Shown here piece after piece: positions 11,880 through 24,788 of a DNA stretch of 64,000 nt; the stretch's first letter is position 1; the number at the start of each line of letters is the position of its first letter. The stretch is from Octopus sinensis (lineage: Eukaryota). The position numbers were made by a program, and so were the translations under genes. The notes below the pieces were generated by a model. It saw nothing but the letters and a program-made list of their open reading frames with translations, made no database searches and was not told where the DNA came from. The DNA is taken from assembly GCF_006345805.1 (NCBI RefSeq), contig NC_043016.1, positions 22,506,001 to 22,570,000 on the forward strand, given 5' to 3'.

Positions 11880-12780
11880 CTGTCACATTTCGTCTTTATA
11901 GATACAAACATAAATACATTGAGAGAGGCGATGGAGAAGAAAGTAGAGGGAAGGGAGAAAGAGAGAGAGACGGAGGAAGACAGGCAGTTAGGCAAAGAAA
12001 CGACAATCATACAGTGAGAGGGGTGGTGGAAGAAAGAGTAAAAGAGAGACGGCGAAGCTGTCAAACATAGTTATAGAAAGAATTTGAAGGGAAGGGGGAA
12101 AAGAGAGAGATCGAGGAAGAAAAGGGGATATATGAAAGACAGGACTGAAAAATAAAATATTTTGAAACCTAAAGATGATTTGGTTTACAATGAGAAAACG
12201 AATGAAATAGTTAAGAAGTAAATATTTCAAAACTGGAAAATTTTTCAAATTTACCGACAAATTTTTGTTAACGACGGTCAGCTTAAGCATACAAATACAT
12301 TCTTTAAAAGGGTATAATGTTTCTTAGCTCAGCAAATTTTTTATCCACGCAAAATAATAACATCTTCTGATAAATAATATCTGTTATAATTGTGCGGTGG
12401 TGGTGGTGGGAGATAATTCACCTTTCTGAAAGACCTGTGGTGGGAATATTTAAACTTCTGTGGCTGTCACGTTTTGTCTTTATAGATACAAACATAAATA
12501 CATTGAGAGAGGTGGTGGAGATGAAAGAGAGATGGCGGAGGTGTCAAACGTTGTTATAGAGAGAGAAAGTGGAGGGAAGGGGAAAGAGAGAGAGACAGAG
12601 GAAGACAGGCAGTTAGCCAAAGAAACGACAATCATACAGTGAGAGGGGTGGTGGAAGAAAGAGTAACAGATGCTATCAAACAACGTTATAGAGAGAACGT
12701 GAAAGGAAGGTAGGAAAGGGAGAGAGAGAGAGACGGAGGAAGAAAAGGTCATATATGAAAGACTTGTCAAAGTGTGCTTT
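11680..12780. repeat. Diverged ~570-bp tandem duplication inside the Helitron
   Basis: ttgttaacgacggtc..gaaagacctgtgg..atagatacaaacataaatacattgagaga occurs at ~11680 and ~12265. Confidence 0.85.
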
Positions 12781-12954
12781 TTTTGCCCTTCTAACCACAC
12801 CTTTTAGGATAGGGATTTCTAACCTAGCCCACTCGCATCCTCACCTCATTTTACATGTCCTGTAAATTTTGGAGTCAGTCTGACCCCATCTAGTGCCCCT
12901 TAACCCATTCCAATGCCAAAATGAGACAAACTTTTCGCATTTCAGATTTATAGA

Positions 12955-13950
12955 TATTGAAAAGCAACCAGACAGGAAATATCTTCATTTATATAGAAGA
13001 TCAGAAATAAAATCACATGGAAAAAAAGAAATGAAGTATTAAAAATAACCATTAACAAATATGGATGTACGAATGCACTCAGGCAAGCTGCATGGCACAA
13101 ATACACTCGCTCATACAAGCACCCGTGAAAATGTGAGCATACGCACATGTGAGGCTGTGTACACTCATGATCACAAAGCGAGTTATTTACTTGGTGTTTG
13201 TAAGAATGGGGAGGTTAACAGTAAACTTAAGTCATCCATACCTTAAATTAAATTATGTTAACAGTTACTTAAAATTCATTCCCAGTGCATTGTGTGAAAG
13301 TACATTTATATGCATGTAGGCATCTTGAGAATCTTTCAGAAATACTAATAATGATCTTCTCATTAGTCCACAGAATAGACAAGGATTCCTTGTAGCAGAG
13401 ATGGCATCTCCTGGAAATTATATTGTATGGTTTCGCATGCCTTACTATGGACCAAGTTATGCTGTACTTCATTTTATCCTCCTTCAGTCACCATACAAAA
13501 TCTGCCAAAGATGTTGAATGTCTCTTATTGATTGTCTTAAAGCTGGTGATGTGGTTACGATAGCGATTCTTAAATGAATTAGCCATCTGCCCAATGTGTG
13601 CTTGGTGCATTTATATACAAGATTTGTACTCATACAAAGATTCATCAAAGAGCATTTTGATTTTTCTCTGATTGAGTATTTATCATATTTATTTGGATAT
13701 AAGGCAGTCCCGACTCCATTTACCGATGTTATTACCATGTTAGCTGTACCATAAATATTTCTACTACTATAATTTGAACTCTAGATGTTGCTGTCTTATA
13801 AAGTTTTTCTATCTTGTCATTGAAAGCTCGTTTGGTTACTGTTTGTGTAACACTACTTTTATATGTTTCCTGTTTGGAAATAGTTAATAAATATATTTTA
13901 CTTTTGAAGTAGGAATATATATTGATAAACATGTACATAAATCCTGACTG
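12955..13950 (-). mobile_element. Penelope-like element 3' relic (GIY-YIG end and 3' UTR)
   Basis: YSITWSIVRHAKPY..RCHLCYKE; homologous to 17670-18340. Confidence 0.75.
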
Positions 13951-14329
13951 CAGCTACATAAATGCCATAGCGAGAAATATATTCTCTGAAACGCTAACTG
14001 ACATCTTATGTATGCATGTATGTGAAGATAAATAATTTGTGTTCGTTTAACTGCTATAAAAAAAGTACAGTTTCATAATTATAGAAATAAATTTCATTAA
14101 CAAGTTGAAGAACGTGCAGAAAGAGAAAATAATTACTACATTAGTTTACTTGTGTACATTTAGCATTTATAGTACAATTGGAAAGTAAAGTCATTTTGTC
14201 GTAGAGAATTACGACTTAAAATTCACACTAGCTAATCCTTCATACTAACTACTAGAATTCACAACAATTCAAATAAGTCTTGTTGGATTTTTATCATAGA
14301 CATGGCATGAAAATTAGCCAATACCTCAA

Positions 14330-14560
14330 AGAGTGAGTGTCATGGAGTTTAGTAACATCCCACAAATGCTAAAGTTTTCCCCAAAATCCAGGGTTTTTAT
14401 AACTACTCATCTTGACTTTAAAGAATGGAAATCTTATAAAAATATTCTTTTACTAATTTTCAGAATTCCTATATGAGCAGTTATTTCAACCAATAGGAAA
14501 ACGATAATCATATTTCCTCAGCAGTACGACATTATGTCATATTGCCGGCTGCCAGAAGTT
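14330..14560. repeat. Dispersed unclassified repeat, copy 3
   Basis: Homologous to copies 1 and 2. Confidence 0.8.
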
Positions 14561-14589
14561 GGTGCCGATATTTGAATGGCTACATGCTA

Positions 14590-16935
14590 CAGGTGAAATG
14601 CAAAGGGAACATCTGCACCAGATAGAATGAGGGGGATTCTGGGGATGAAAATGTCCTCTCCTTTGCCACAGCCAGACAAAATTGTGACTTCATGAACGTA
14701 CTGCATAGCCTTCTTTATTTTATTAAATTTGCCACAAGGGCAGTGCACAAAGAAGTTTGCGAGCTGGACACAGACATTAATGGAATGAATGATAATGATA
14801 CAAGGATGATGAGAATGGGAGAAGATGTAAAGCGCCCGCCGACTTTCGTTTCTCTAAAACATTGTTCTTTTTTAGAATCACAAAATGAGGCAATAAACCT
14901 CTTTCACAGTTCAGTAGGTACAGGAGCACACATGAGGCAATAATCCTCTTACTTTATATATTCAACAAAATATTTTGAGGTAATACACTTCTTACACAAT
15001 TGTCCCACATTTCAATTTTTCTGTCCGGCCAGGCTCCTTGCTTCATTGAAGCATCTAGTCGGTTCCAAGCCTTGGCCATATATCTAAAAGAGTCCGCTGG
15101 GAAGGAATTCGTTATCCTGCACAGATCGTTATCCCATATGACCTCCGCAGCCACCTGCGAAGGACACTCAGGGTCCTCTATGCGGGACAGAAGCCCCACC
15201 GGCCCTTCCTTTCAATTTTACTAATAGCATTTTGCAATGTCCCTCCCTTATGGAAGAGGACAACAAATTCCTCCTCCAGTGGCTCATCCGCTGAAGAAGC
15301 ATCGGGATATGCTGGCAGCATGTCACAAACTGCTGGCAATCTCCCGTTTTTCTTTTTTCTTTTTCCCTTGGGCCGTGGGAGGGTGCCTCTATTAACTGCT
15401 CCAGGACCCTATTTTGGTCATTGGGGCAGTTTTTCTTGATGTGGCTGGTTTCTAGGCACAGGTGACATTTGGGGGAGCATCCCTCGAGCATCACCAGATA
15501 CCTAGACCCGGCCATCCTCAAAAAATCTGGGAAAGCCAGACTTTCGGCTGATTGGGTCCATAGGGTCAAACTGCATAGCCTTCTTAATAACCAAGTGTGT
15601 CCCATTGCAAAGCTTTGGAAGGTCTAAATTCCTCAGCAGCATGACAGGAGCTCCGACTTTTACTTCCAGTGTATGAGGAGGCAGGCCATGTGGGTCAAGG
15701 GAATTAAGAAACTCCACTGGATAGTTCACTGCCTGGTCATTGTCGGGTACAGAATTGATTGACCCATACACGTGCAGCCTTCTCGGAAGCAAAAGCAGCA
15801 GCTTAGCATTGAGAGTGGCCACTGTGTTGTTTTTTGGAGCCAAAATGGCTCTTTCGGAAATCCAATTCATGTCAAGGTAGTTCCTTTGTAGATTTGGGAA
15901 GACATGTGCCTCTAGTTCATTGGAATTACTGATAATACATCAGAGGTGAGTTAGTGACAGTTTTCTGTTTTCATTGAGAGGAACAACACCGTTTCCGATT
16001 GACAATATATCATATGCAAAATCTGATGCCATCTGGTCACCGTGAAGCTGTGCTCTCATGTTTGTTTTGAGAGATAATGTTGTAACATTTTGCTACAGGG
16101 GCGAGGACTTTAGGCAGGCCCTGATTACATCTTCCCTGGTTCCTTTGGGAAATTGCCAGACAGGAGAAGAGTTATAGCACCCATCATAGCGGGACAGTCT
16201 CTGATGTCTTCAAGAGTGGTGTTGAGAGCTTCAAGGGATCGCTTGTGGGCCATTGTGCATTCATTCCAAACTATCAGCTGGTAACTCCGGAGAAGCAAGC
16301 CGTTTTCACACATTTTGGTGATGTTACAGGAGGGCACTTTGGACCGTGCCAAATCAAATAGTAGCTTAAAGGTTGAGTGCACTGTCCTACCACCGGGCAG
16401 TAAAGTTGCTGCAATGCCAGAGGAGGCCACAGCTACGGCTACGTCTTTTCGGTGCCTTACTTTTACAAGGAGAAGCTAAATAACAAACGTTTTTCCAGTC
16501 CCTCCAGGTGCATCAAGAAAAAATACCCCCTTTTCGTTTCTGCATGTGGTCAAAGATGGTACTGTAAGCTCACTATTGCTCAGGCAGAAGTTTGGGCCCA
16601 TTTTGCTGGATGTATTGATTAAGGGCTTCAGTGTCATAAGACGTTTCACATATTAACTCTGTTGGTATTGAAGGTGTCCCATGGTGCAATGATTGTGGCA
16701 GCCCATATGTAGGTAAGGTATTACCTCCCACAGAAACAGTCTTGTTCTCTATGTTAAGGAAAGCACAGTTGTAAATGAATTCATTTTCAGCAGACAAGCA
16801 GGTATGATGCAGTTGGGCCTGGTAATAGAAGTCTTCTGATAGGTCATGTCTGTACTTTAACCACAATGAATGTGGGACACTCAACAACTGGTTCAGGAGT
16901 ATCCAGTGGTACAGACATATCTCGTCGGGTGATAA
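14590..16935 (-). mobile_element. Degenerate Helitron PIF1 helicase region, interrupted by family-A copy A6
   Basis: LWLKYRHDLSED; FLDAPGGTGKT (~16510); ASSGIAATLLPGGRTVHS; LLRNLDLPKLCNGT..KAMQ continues as YVHEVTILSGCGKGEDIFIPRIPL beyond the insertion. Confidence 0.9.
14715..15570 (-). mobile_element. Family A copy A6, 5'-truncated
   Basis: 14-bp TSD CTGCATAGCCTTCT at 14701-14714 and 15571-15584; runs from mid-ORF1 (TLWTQSAESL..KCHLCLETSHIKKNC) to the A-rich 3' end. Confidence 0.9.
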
Positions 16936-17221
16936 CCCCCTTGGCCCATGGGTTGGAAGCCCTTCTGGCAAAGAAAATAGAACACCCAAAAGGGCTCCCG
17001 ATCCTCTGTGTCAGAAGGATTTATGTTCGGATCACAACTAAGCCTTAACCTAAGCCTAAGCTAACCTAGCAAAAGGGGGCTGAGGAGCATCTAAGAGGCA
17101 GCGACTAATCCCAATCTAGTCCTAACCCCTCCTAGGGGTACTATTGGTCAAGACTGCATTGAAGATATGCATTGGAGAAGGTTGCCTTGGAGACCTGCAT
17201 CAAAGGTTTGCTCACTATTAT

Positions 17222-17229
<8 letters not shown>

Positions 17230-17268
<39 letters not shown>

Positions 17269-17470
17269 CAAATCAAACAATGAAAAACTTAAGCCAATAC
17301 ATAAAATTAATTAATTTATATTATTTTAAATATATATCAAAAGTATTAAAAGTTTAATAAAAGATAATGAGTAAAACACTACGATCGTTTCATGGCTGTC
17401 CAATTCGTAATAATTCGAGTTATGGTTACAGTCAATCTTCAGGTAATTGAAATATTTATCTTAGCGAGGT
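17230..17470 (-). mobile_element. Solo PLE pseudo-LTR with a degenerate hammerhead (17376-17446)
   Basis: Homologous to 42143-42350; minus strand CTGAAGA..cagccat GAAA CGATC GTA GTG; lies between (TA)n runs. Confidence 0.7.
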
Positions 17471-17999
17471 TTAACATATATATATATGTATTAACAAGTG
17501 AAAGACAGATGATAGAATATATGAGAATATATTATTAATCACAACAATTGTGAGACACTCAACAACTGGTTCAGGAGTATCCAGTGGTGCAGACATATCT
17601 TGTCGGATGATAAATAAAAAAAACTCGTTAAAATGATTGTTCTACAATGCAACTTTTTGTAGAAAGAAAAACAGCCAGATAGAGGAAAATCCTTCATATA
17701 TATAGAAGATCCAAAAATAAAATTGTAGAAGACAAAAAGAGAAATGAACCCTTTATCCAGCGAGAAAAGTATTGAAAATAACCTTTAACAGATATGGATG
17801 TATAAACGCCCTTGCACAAACTGCATGGCATGAGTACACATGCTCATACAAGCATTAGCAAAAAAGTGAGCTGACGCACATGCGAGGTTAGGTGGACACA
17901 TTATTACAAAGCGAGTTATTTAGTAAGTGTTTAGAAGAATGGCGCGGTTAAAAGTAAACTTAAGTCATCCATACCTTAAAGTAAAATTACACTAAGTTA

Positions 18000-20330
18000 T
18001 CAGTTACTCAAAATTCATTCTTACTGCATTGTGTGAAAATACATTTATATGCCTGTCGGCTTCTCGATAGGCGTTCAGAAATTCTGTGGACAGGGATTCT
18101 GTGGAATCCTCGGAGAGGAGACAGTATCTCCTGGAATTTACACTATGGTTTTGCATGTCTAACTATGGACCAAGTAATGTAGTATTTTGTATTAGCCTCC
18201 TTCAGTCGCCATATAAAATCTGCCAAAGATGTCAAATGTCTCTTATTGATTGATCTAATGCTGGCAACATGATTATGATAACGATTCTTAAATTAATCAG
18301 CTTTCTGCCCAATGTAAACATAGGACCCTCTCCTTGTGTGCACGCTAGCAGGTGGGTTATTGAACCATTGCTGCATTTTGCTATTGTTTATGCGATGCAT
18401 AAGCTGCTCCAAATTAGCAGAGTTAGTGTAGGATACCTTCACAGTGTGTCGATTAAAAATAGCATGATACCGATTGGATTTAGGAAAACGCATGTCCAAA
18501 GCAGCAAAAATTTTCCAGCAATCCTGGTTGAAACATGCAAACAGAAAATTGCGTTGAACCAGAGGACATCCTGATTCCTATATCTGTTAGGTTTATTTGA
18601 TCTAGTATATTGTACAGGATTGGAACAAGGAGATGAATTATGTCGCATGTGTCTAAGTTTTCTTTGGTAGATCATTGACATGGTCAATTCTTTCTGGCCT
18701 GTATTCTTTATCTGAGTGATTTCTGAAACGGTAACGTTGTGGTGGTATACAATATGCATCGCAGTTGTAGGAATTACCAGTGTTGCTTAAACCTGCATCT
18801 TGTAAATATTGAATTCTATCATAGTACCAAGCCTTAGCTACAGTGTCATTATAATAAGATGCATGAGATTTGAAAATTTTACTGGTAGCATATAATCTAG
18901 AAATTTTAGTAGAAATATTCTTAACTAGTCCCTGTATAATTGAGGGTGGAGGGTTGGATGCTACATTAATGTACTTAATATGATCATTCGGCTTATAAAA
19001 TGGTTCAAATAATCCAGTATCAAGACAGAAGATAGCGTCAAGAAAATTCACTCTATGGTAATCCTTACCTATAGTAATGTTTAATCCTAAATTTTTGTAA
19101 AGTCTAAAGAAATATTTTCTATGCCTTTCTAACTGTACTTTACTACTTCTGTCTAGAAAAAATAAGGCATCATCCCTATATAGACCTCCTGTTACTTCAG
19201 GAAAGGAAGAAAGGATATATATTCTGACTAGGTCACTGGCCTGAGCAGAATCATGTGAGCCCATTGCTATATCAAGTGCATTTTTCTTGTCTAATCGACT
19301 CCATAATGTACCATTAAAATCTACTAGAGTGGCTCGTGCGGCAAGAAAAATATCTATTTCGTGTTTGGACAAATCAGAATTTTTCATGCTAAAAATCAGG
19401 GCTTGATTAAGAACGATCAGGTTAGTAGTGGCATAGTAGCTCTCTATATCAAGTTGCAAGAATTTACTAGTCATATTAATTTCTAGAAGCTAGAACCATC
19501 CAACCACCTCTTGGGTATCAGACCAGAGGGCTAATCTAATTAAGTACAGGTATTTCCCTGTCAATGATATTTTTACTAATAATGCCTATATTGGATTTAG
19601 GACAAATCAATCTGAGGGGTCGATAAGAAAGTTAGGTTTATAGTTCTTAAGCAAAATCCAGGGTTTTCAGGGGATGTAGGGTTCTGTTCTATCATCAATG
19701 GCTAGATCTTTGATGATTTATAGCCCTGTAGTGCTGATTCTTTTTAATACATCATTACTAGCATGTCTATATTTGCTGCGTAATTCCTTCCTAATCATAG
19801 ACTTATATAGATCAATATCAACAATGGAAACATTACTTGTTTTGTCCACTGGTACAAGTATCCCTGGAGCTTTCTTGAAGTCGACAAGTAATTTTCTGAT
19901 TTTCTGTTTTGATGTATATTACACCTTCTAGGATACATCCTGAACTTCATGTTCTTGACAATACTATATAATTCTTTTTCAAATCTGGTTAGGTGTTGGT
20001 TTGTCACTGGGTTCCTTCTAGATTTGAATATTTTTCTCAGTAGGTGACCAGGTTCAGGTTTGTCGTTATGTTTAAGCTCCTTGTCGAAAAAGAAAGCTTT
20101 CCACTGCATTCTGCACACAAATTAGCTCGTTTTCTCCACGAGATCCCGTATATAATCCTTCCTACTGAGTATAGGTATGTCCTTTAGTGAAACATCCATT
20201 GTTATTTTATCCATCATCTTGGTATGCTACCGTAAAGCATCTTCTTCCTAGAAATCGGAAAGTGGTTAATGGATAAGAAAACGAATGGTTTACACCTGGT
20301 AGCTTACTGGTAAAGCACACACACATATAT
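18000..20330 (-). mobile_element. Penelope-like element, degenerate RT and GIY-YIG
   Basis: ORF 18653-19474 has IAMGSHDSAQASDLV, GGLYRDDAL, VNFLD, FYKPND; GIY-YIG region at 18000-18500. Confidence 0.85.
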
Positions 20331-20368
20331 AAGTACTTTTATTATCATTTTTTATTATTTATTATCTT

Positions 20369-20485
20369 AGACCTGCTGAGTAACTATATTTTCAAATAGA
20401 GTAAATTTTAGTTCGATTTGATTTTAAATCGAATTGATTTTATTATTATCTATTTGAAAATATTGCCATGAAACGCACATAGTCT
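20369..20485 (+). ncRNA. Degenerate type I hammerhead-like fold upstream of the PLE
   Basis: agac CTGCTGA..14-bp perfect stem atattttcaaatag/ctatttgaaaatat..GAAA CGCAC ATA gtct; two core substitutions. Confidence 0.5.
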
Positions 20486-23015
20486 TTTTACTATTATTTA
20501 CTATTTATTGTACTTTATTGATTTTTAGAATAAGGTTTTTTTCATAGTATATATTTTCTATATGGTGTGAATAACATCTTTCTTTATTGAATTGTTTAAT
20601 ACAGGTTTTTCTCTATATTATATACATATATGAATATTATATATACATGTATAATATATCTATATATATCAATATTATATATATTTATATATATCAATAT
20701 ATTTATATACATCAATATTTATATATATCAATATTGATATATATAATATATTTATATATATCAATATTTATATATATATAATATATTTATATATATCAAT
20801 ATATTTATATATATATCAATATATTTATATATATATATATATCATCATCATCATCGTTTAACGTCCGTTTTCCGCGCTAGCACGGGTTGGACGGTTCGAC
20901 CGGGGTCTGGGAAGCCAGGGGCCGCTCCAGGCTCCAGTCTGATCTGGCAGAGTTTCTACAGCTGGATGCCCTTCCTAACGCCAACCACTCCGTGAGTGGA
21001 GTGGGTGCTTTTTACGTGCCACCTGCACAGGGGCCGGGGGGTCCGGCATCGGTCACGATCGGTTCGAGCTTTTAACGTGCCAGCAGCACGGGGGCAACGG
21101 GATCCGGGGTACTTTGGGGATCCGGGGTACTTTGAATGGGTAGGGGGTATGTGGAATTGCTGCAGAAAGCAGCCCGGGTCTTTGCAGTCACAGCATATCT
21201 CCAGAGATCTCGGTCCTTCGCCATTGCCTCAGTGAGGCCCAATGCTCTGAGGTCATGCTTGACTACCTCATCCCATGTCTTCCTGGGTCTACCTCTCCCC
21301 CTGATACCTTCAACTGTTTGGGAGTGGCACTTCTTCACACATCTCTCTTCATCCATCCGCAGCACATGACCATACCATTGCAAGCGTCGCTCTTGCACAC
21401 CACATCTGATGCTTCTTATATCCAGCATTTCTCTCAGGATGCTTACACTCTGTCTTGCGTGCACACTGACACTACACATCCAGCGGATCATGCTAGCTTC
21501 ATTTCTTTCAAGTCTACGCATGTCCTCTGCAGTCACAGCCCATGTTTCATTACCGTGAAGCATGGCAGTTCGCACACATGCATCATACAATCTACCTTTC
21601 GCTCTGAGGGAGAGACCTTTTGTTGCCAGTAGGGGTAGGAGCTTTCTGAACTTAGCCCAGGCTATTCGTATTCTAGTGGTGATACTCTTTGTGCATCCAC
21701 CTCCGCTACTAACTTGGTCACCCAGGTAGCGGAAACTATCAACTACTTCTAGTTTCCCTCCCTGGAGTGTGATGGAATCTGTTTTCTGAGTGTCTGTTGT
21801 GTCTATTGTCCCTGTGCATCTGCCGCACATGAAAGCTATCTTATCTGTTAATTTCCCTTTAATGTTGCTGCACCTCTTATGTGTCCATAGCTTACATTGG
21901 GTGCATCTTATCGAGTTTCTACCTGTACCTTTCCTACAGATTGAGCAGGGCCACCTACCCGAGGGGGTGTGTGCTGAGTACCTCTTGCTGCTTACTAATA
22001 CTTTGGTCTTTGCTACATTTATTCTAAGGCCCTTTGATTCTAACCCTTGCTTCCACACCCGAAATTTCTTTTCTAGTTCCGGTAGTGATTCTGCTATGAG
22101 AGCTAGGTCATCGGCATAGAGGAGCTCCCAGGGGCATCCCGTTTTGAATTCCTCTGTTATTGCCTGAAGGACTATGATGAATAAAAGGGGACAGTTTGAT
22201 ACCTCTGTAGTTATTTCTATCTAGAGCATCACCCTTACCCTTGTAGCAGTTGACTATGGTGCTGCTGCACCAGTCATTGGGTATGACTCCATTGTGAACT
22301 ACCTGGTTTACAATGCGGGTGACTATGTCATAGCCCACATAGCCAGCTGTTTTAAGCATCTCAGCAGTGATTCCTGATAGGCCGGGGGCTTTACCTGGTT
22401 TCATATCCTTAATTGCCTTATCTACAAGGGAGCTGTCTATTCGGGTAGCTGGTCCCTCTACTGGGTCAACATTTGGCAGGCTCTCCTCCTCCCATTCATT
22501 CTCCTCATTCAGCAGTCTTTCATAATGGCTTCTCCAAGCCTCTTTCTTTTCACTAGCAGTAAAAGCAAGTGCCCCATCATCCATGCGGACACATTTCTCT
22601 CCTATAACATCACTATTTTCTCTGACACACTGTCTGGCAATCCGAAATACTTCAGCTCTTTGATCCTCGCGTCGCTGGACATTGGCAAACTTCTTCTTTT
22701 CTGCTACATCTTTGGCTATGTATACCTGCCGCCCAGCCTCCCTTTTGGCTATCTGGTACAGTTCCCTGCTGCCCCCATCCTTCCAGGCCTTCCAGGCCCG
22801 TCTCTTTTCACAAATGGCTTTATCTACTGCACTATTCCACCACCACGTAATTCTAGGTCTGGAAGGGACTTTGCACCATCCACAGACTCGGTCTGTGGCA
22901 CTCAGCAAGCTGTCCCGTAGGAATTCCCAGCTACCTTCTATGTCTGACGTCTGAAGCTCCTCCTCCCTCTCATCAAATTTCTTGATGAGTATGTCCCTAA
23001 ATTTCTAACCATGTG

Positions 23016-24788
23016 CAAGCCATGTACAGTGCAAGCCATGTACAGAGATGCCGTAAGTAAGGTTAGAGTTGGCAGCATGTACACAGAAGAATTCAAGGTA
23101 GAGGTTGGGGTCCACCAGGGTTCAGTACTCAGCCCCCTCCTATTTATCATAGTCCTCCAGGCAATTGTGGAGGAATTCAAGACAGGTTGCCCCCGGGAGC
23201 TCCTCTATGCTGACGACCTCGCTCTAATCGCTGAGTCACTATCAGAACTGGAGGAGAAGTTCCAGGTGTGGAAGGAGGGTTAGAATCGAGGGGCCTTAGA
23301 GTCAACCTAGCTAAAACCAAAGTACTAATAAGTAGAAAGTTAGAAAATCCACAAATATCCTCAGGAAGATGGCCCTGCTCGATCTGTAGAAAAGGTGTAG
23401 GTAGAAACTCTATAAGATGTACCCAGTGAGCTATGGACACATAAGAGGTGCAGCAATGTCAAAGGTAGGCTAACTGGGAAGATAGTTTTTGTATGTGGCA
23501 GATGCTCTGGAGCATTGACCTCCGAAAATCTGCAGAAAACAACTTCCGTCACTTTCCGGGGGGAAAAACTAGAAGTAGTTGATAGCTTCCGCTATCTAGG
23601 TGACCAAGTCAGTAGTGGGGGCGGGTGCGCTGAAAGTGTAACTGCTAGAATAAGAATAGCCTGGGCAAAGTTTAGGGAGCTCTTACCTCTGCTGGTGACT
23701 AAAGGCCTCTCGCTCAGAGTAAAAGGCAGACTGTATGATGCATGTGTACGAACAGCTATGCTACATGGCAGTGAAACATGGGCCGTGACTGCTGAGGACA
23801 TGCGTAAGCTTGTGAGGAACGAAGCCAGTATGCTCCGATGGATGTGTAATGTCAGTGTACTTACTCGACAGAGCGTTAGTACCTTGAGAGAAATGTTGTA
23901 CCTAAGAAGCATCAGTTGTTGTGTGCAAGAGAGACGATTGCGCTGGTATGGTCATGTGGCGAGAATGGATGAAGATAGGTGTATGAGAAAGTGCCAATCC
24001 CTAGCAGTTGAGGGAACCCGTGGAAGAGGTAGACCCAGGAAAACCTGGGACGAAGTGGTGAAGCACGACATTCGGACGTTAGGTCTCACCATGGAAATGA
24101 CTAGAGACTGAGACCTATGGAAGTATGCTGTGCGTGAGAAGACCCGGCAAGACTAGTCAAGCCATAATCCATGGCCCCTACCTGGGACGTAGTCAGTCCA
24201 CCTGTGCATACCTTCCTTCTTGTGACACTTGTGAAGACCTGTTGAGGCAAGTGAGAATCGAATCGAATCGAATCAAATCAAATCAAATCGAACCAAATCA
24301 AAATAGATGAACATCAATGGAATTTGTATCCTTGTGGTACCAGTGCCGGTGGCACATAAGAAAACCATCCGAACGTGATCGTAGCCAGTACCGCAACGAC
24401 TGGCCTCCGTGCTGAGGGCACGTAACAAACACCATCCGAGCGTGGTCGTCCGCCAGCCCCGTCTGGCACCTGTGTCGGCGACACATAAGAAAACACCATC
24501 CGAGCGTGGCCGTCAGCCAGCCTCGTCTGGCACCTGTGTCGGTGGCACATAAAAAACACCATCCGAGCGTGGCCGTCTGCCAGCCTCGTCTGGCACCTGT
24601 GTCGGTGGCACATAAAATCACCCACTACACTCTCGGAGTGGTTGGCGTTAGGAAGGGCATCCAGCTGTAGAAACACTGCCAGATCTGACTGGCCTGGTGC
24701 AGCCTTCGGGCTTGCCAGACCCCAGTTGAACCGTCCAACCCATGCTAGCATGGAAAGCGGACGTTAAACGATGATGATGATGATGATG
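23016..24788 (+). mobile_element. 5'-truncated copy of the same RTE family, nested in opposite orientation
   Basis: GVHQGSVLSPLLF, LLYADDL, GRGRPRKTW; (GAT)n tail; ATGTG on both sides (23011-23015 and 24789-24793). Confidence 0.9.
24350..24615. repeat. ~62-bp tandem repeats in the RTE 3' UTR (plus an (AATCG/AATCA)n run at 24255-24302)
   Basis: aaacaccatccgagcgtggccgtc..gcctcgtctggcacctgtgtcggtggcacata x3, plus a diverged unit. Confidence 0.9.

Larger units (their letters stand above)
10565..12954 (-). mobile_element. Complete non-autonomous Helitron (2.39 kb)
   Basis: A|TCTATAAATCTGAAATG 5' end at 12954; 3' hairpin cacccgtgcataaagcgggtc then CTAG|T at 10565; the flanks join to match 17545-17720. 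Confidence 0.85.

Noticed and set aside
17036-17075. Telomere-like ctaagcc/taacct repeats
   Set aside because: Only a few degenerate units, not a TTAGGG array.
24350-24615. CRISPR-like 62-bp repeats
   Set aside because: No spacers; these are tandem repeats in a LINE 3' UTR.
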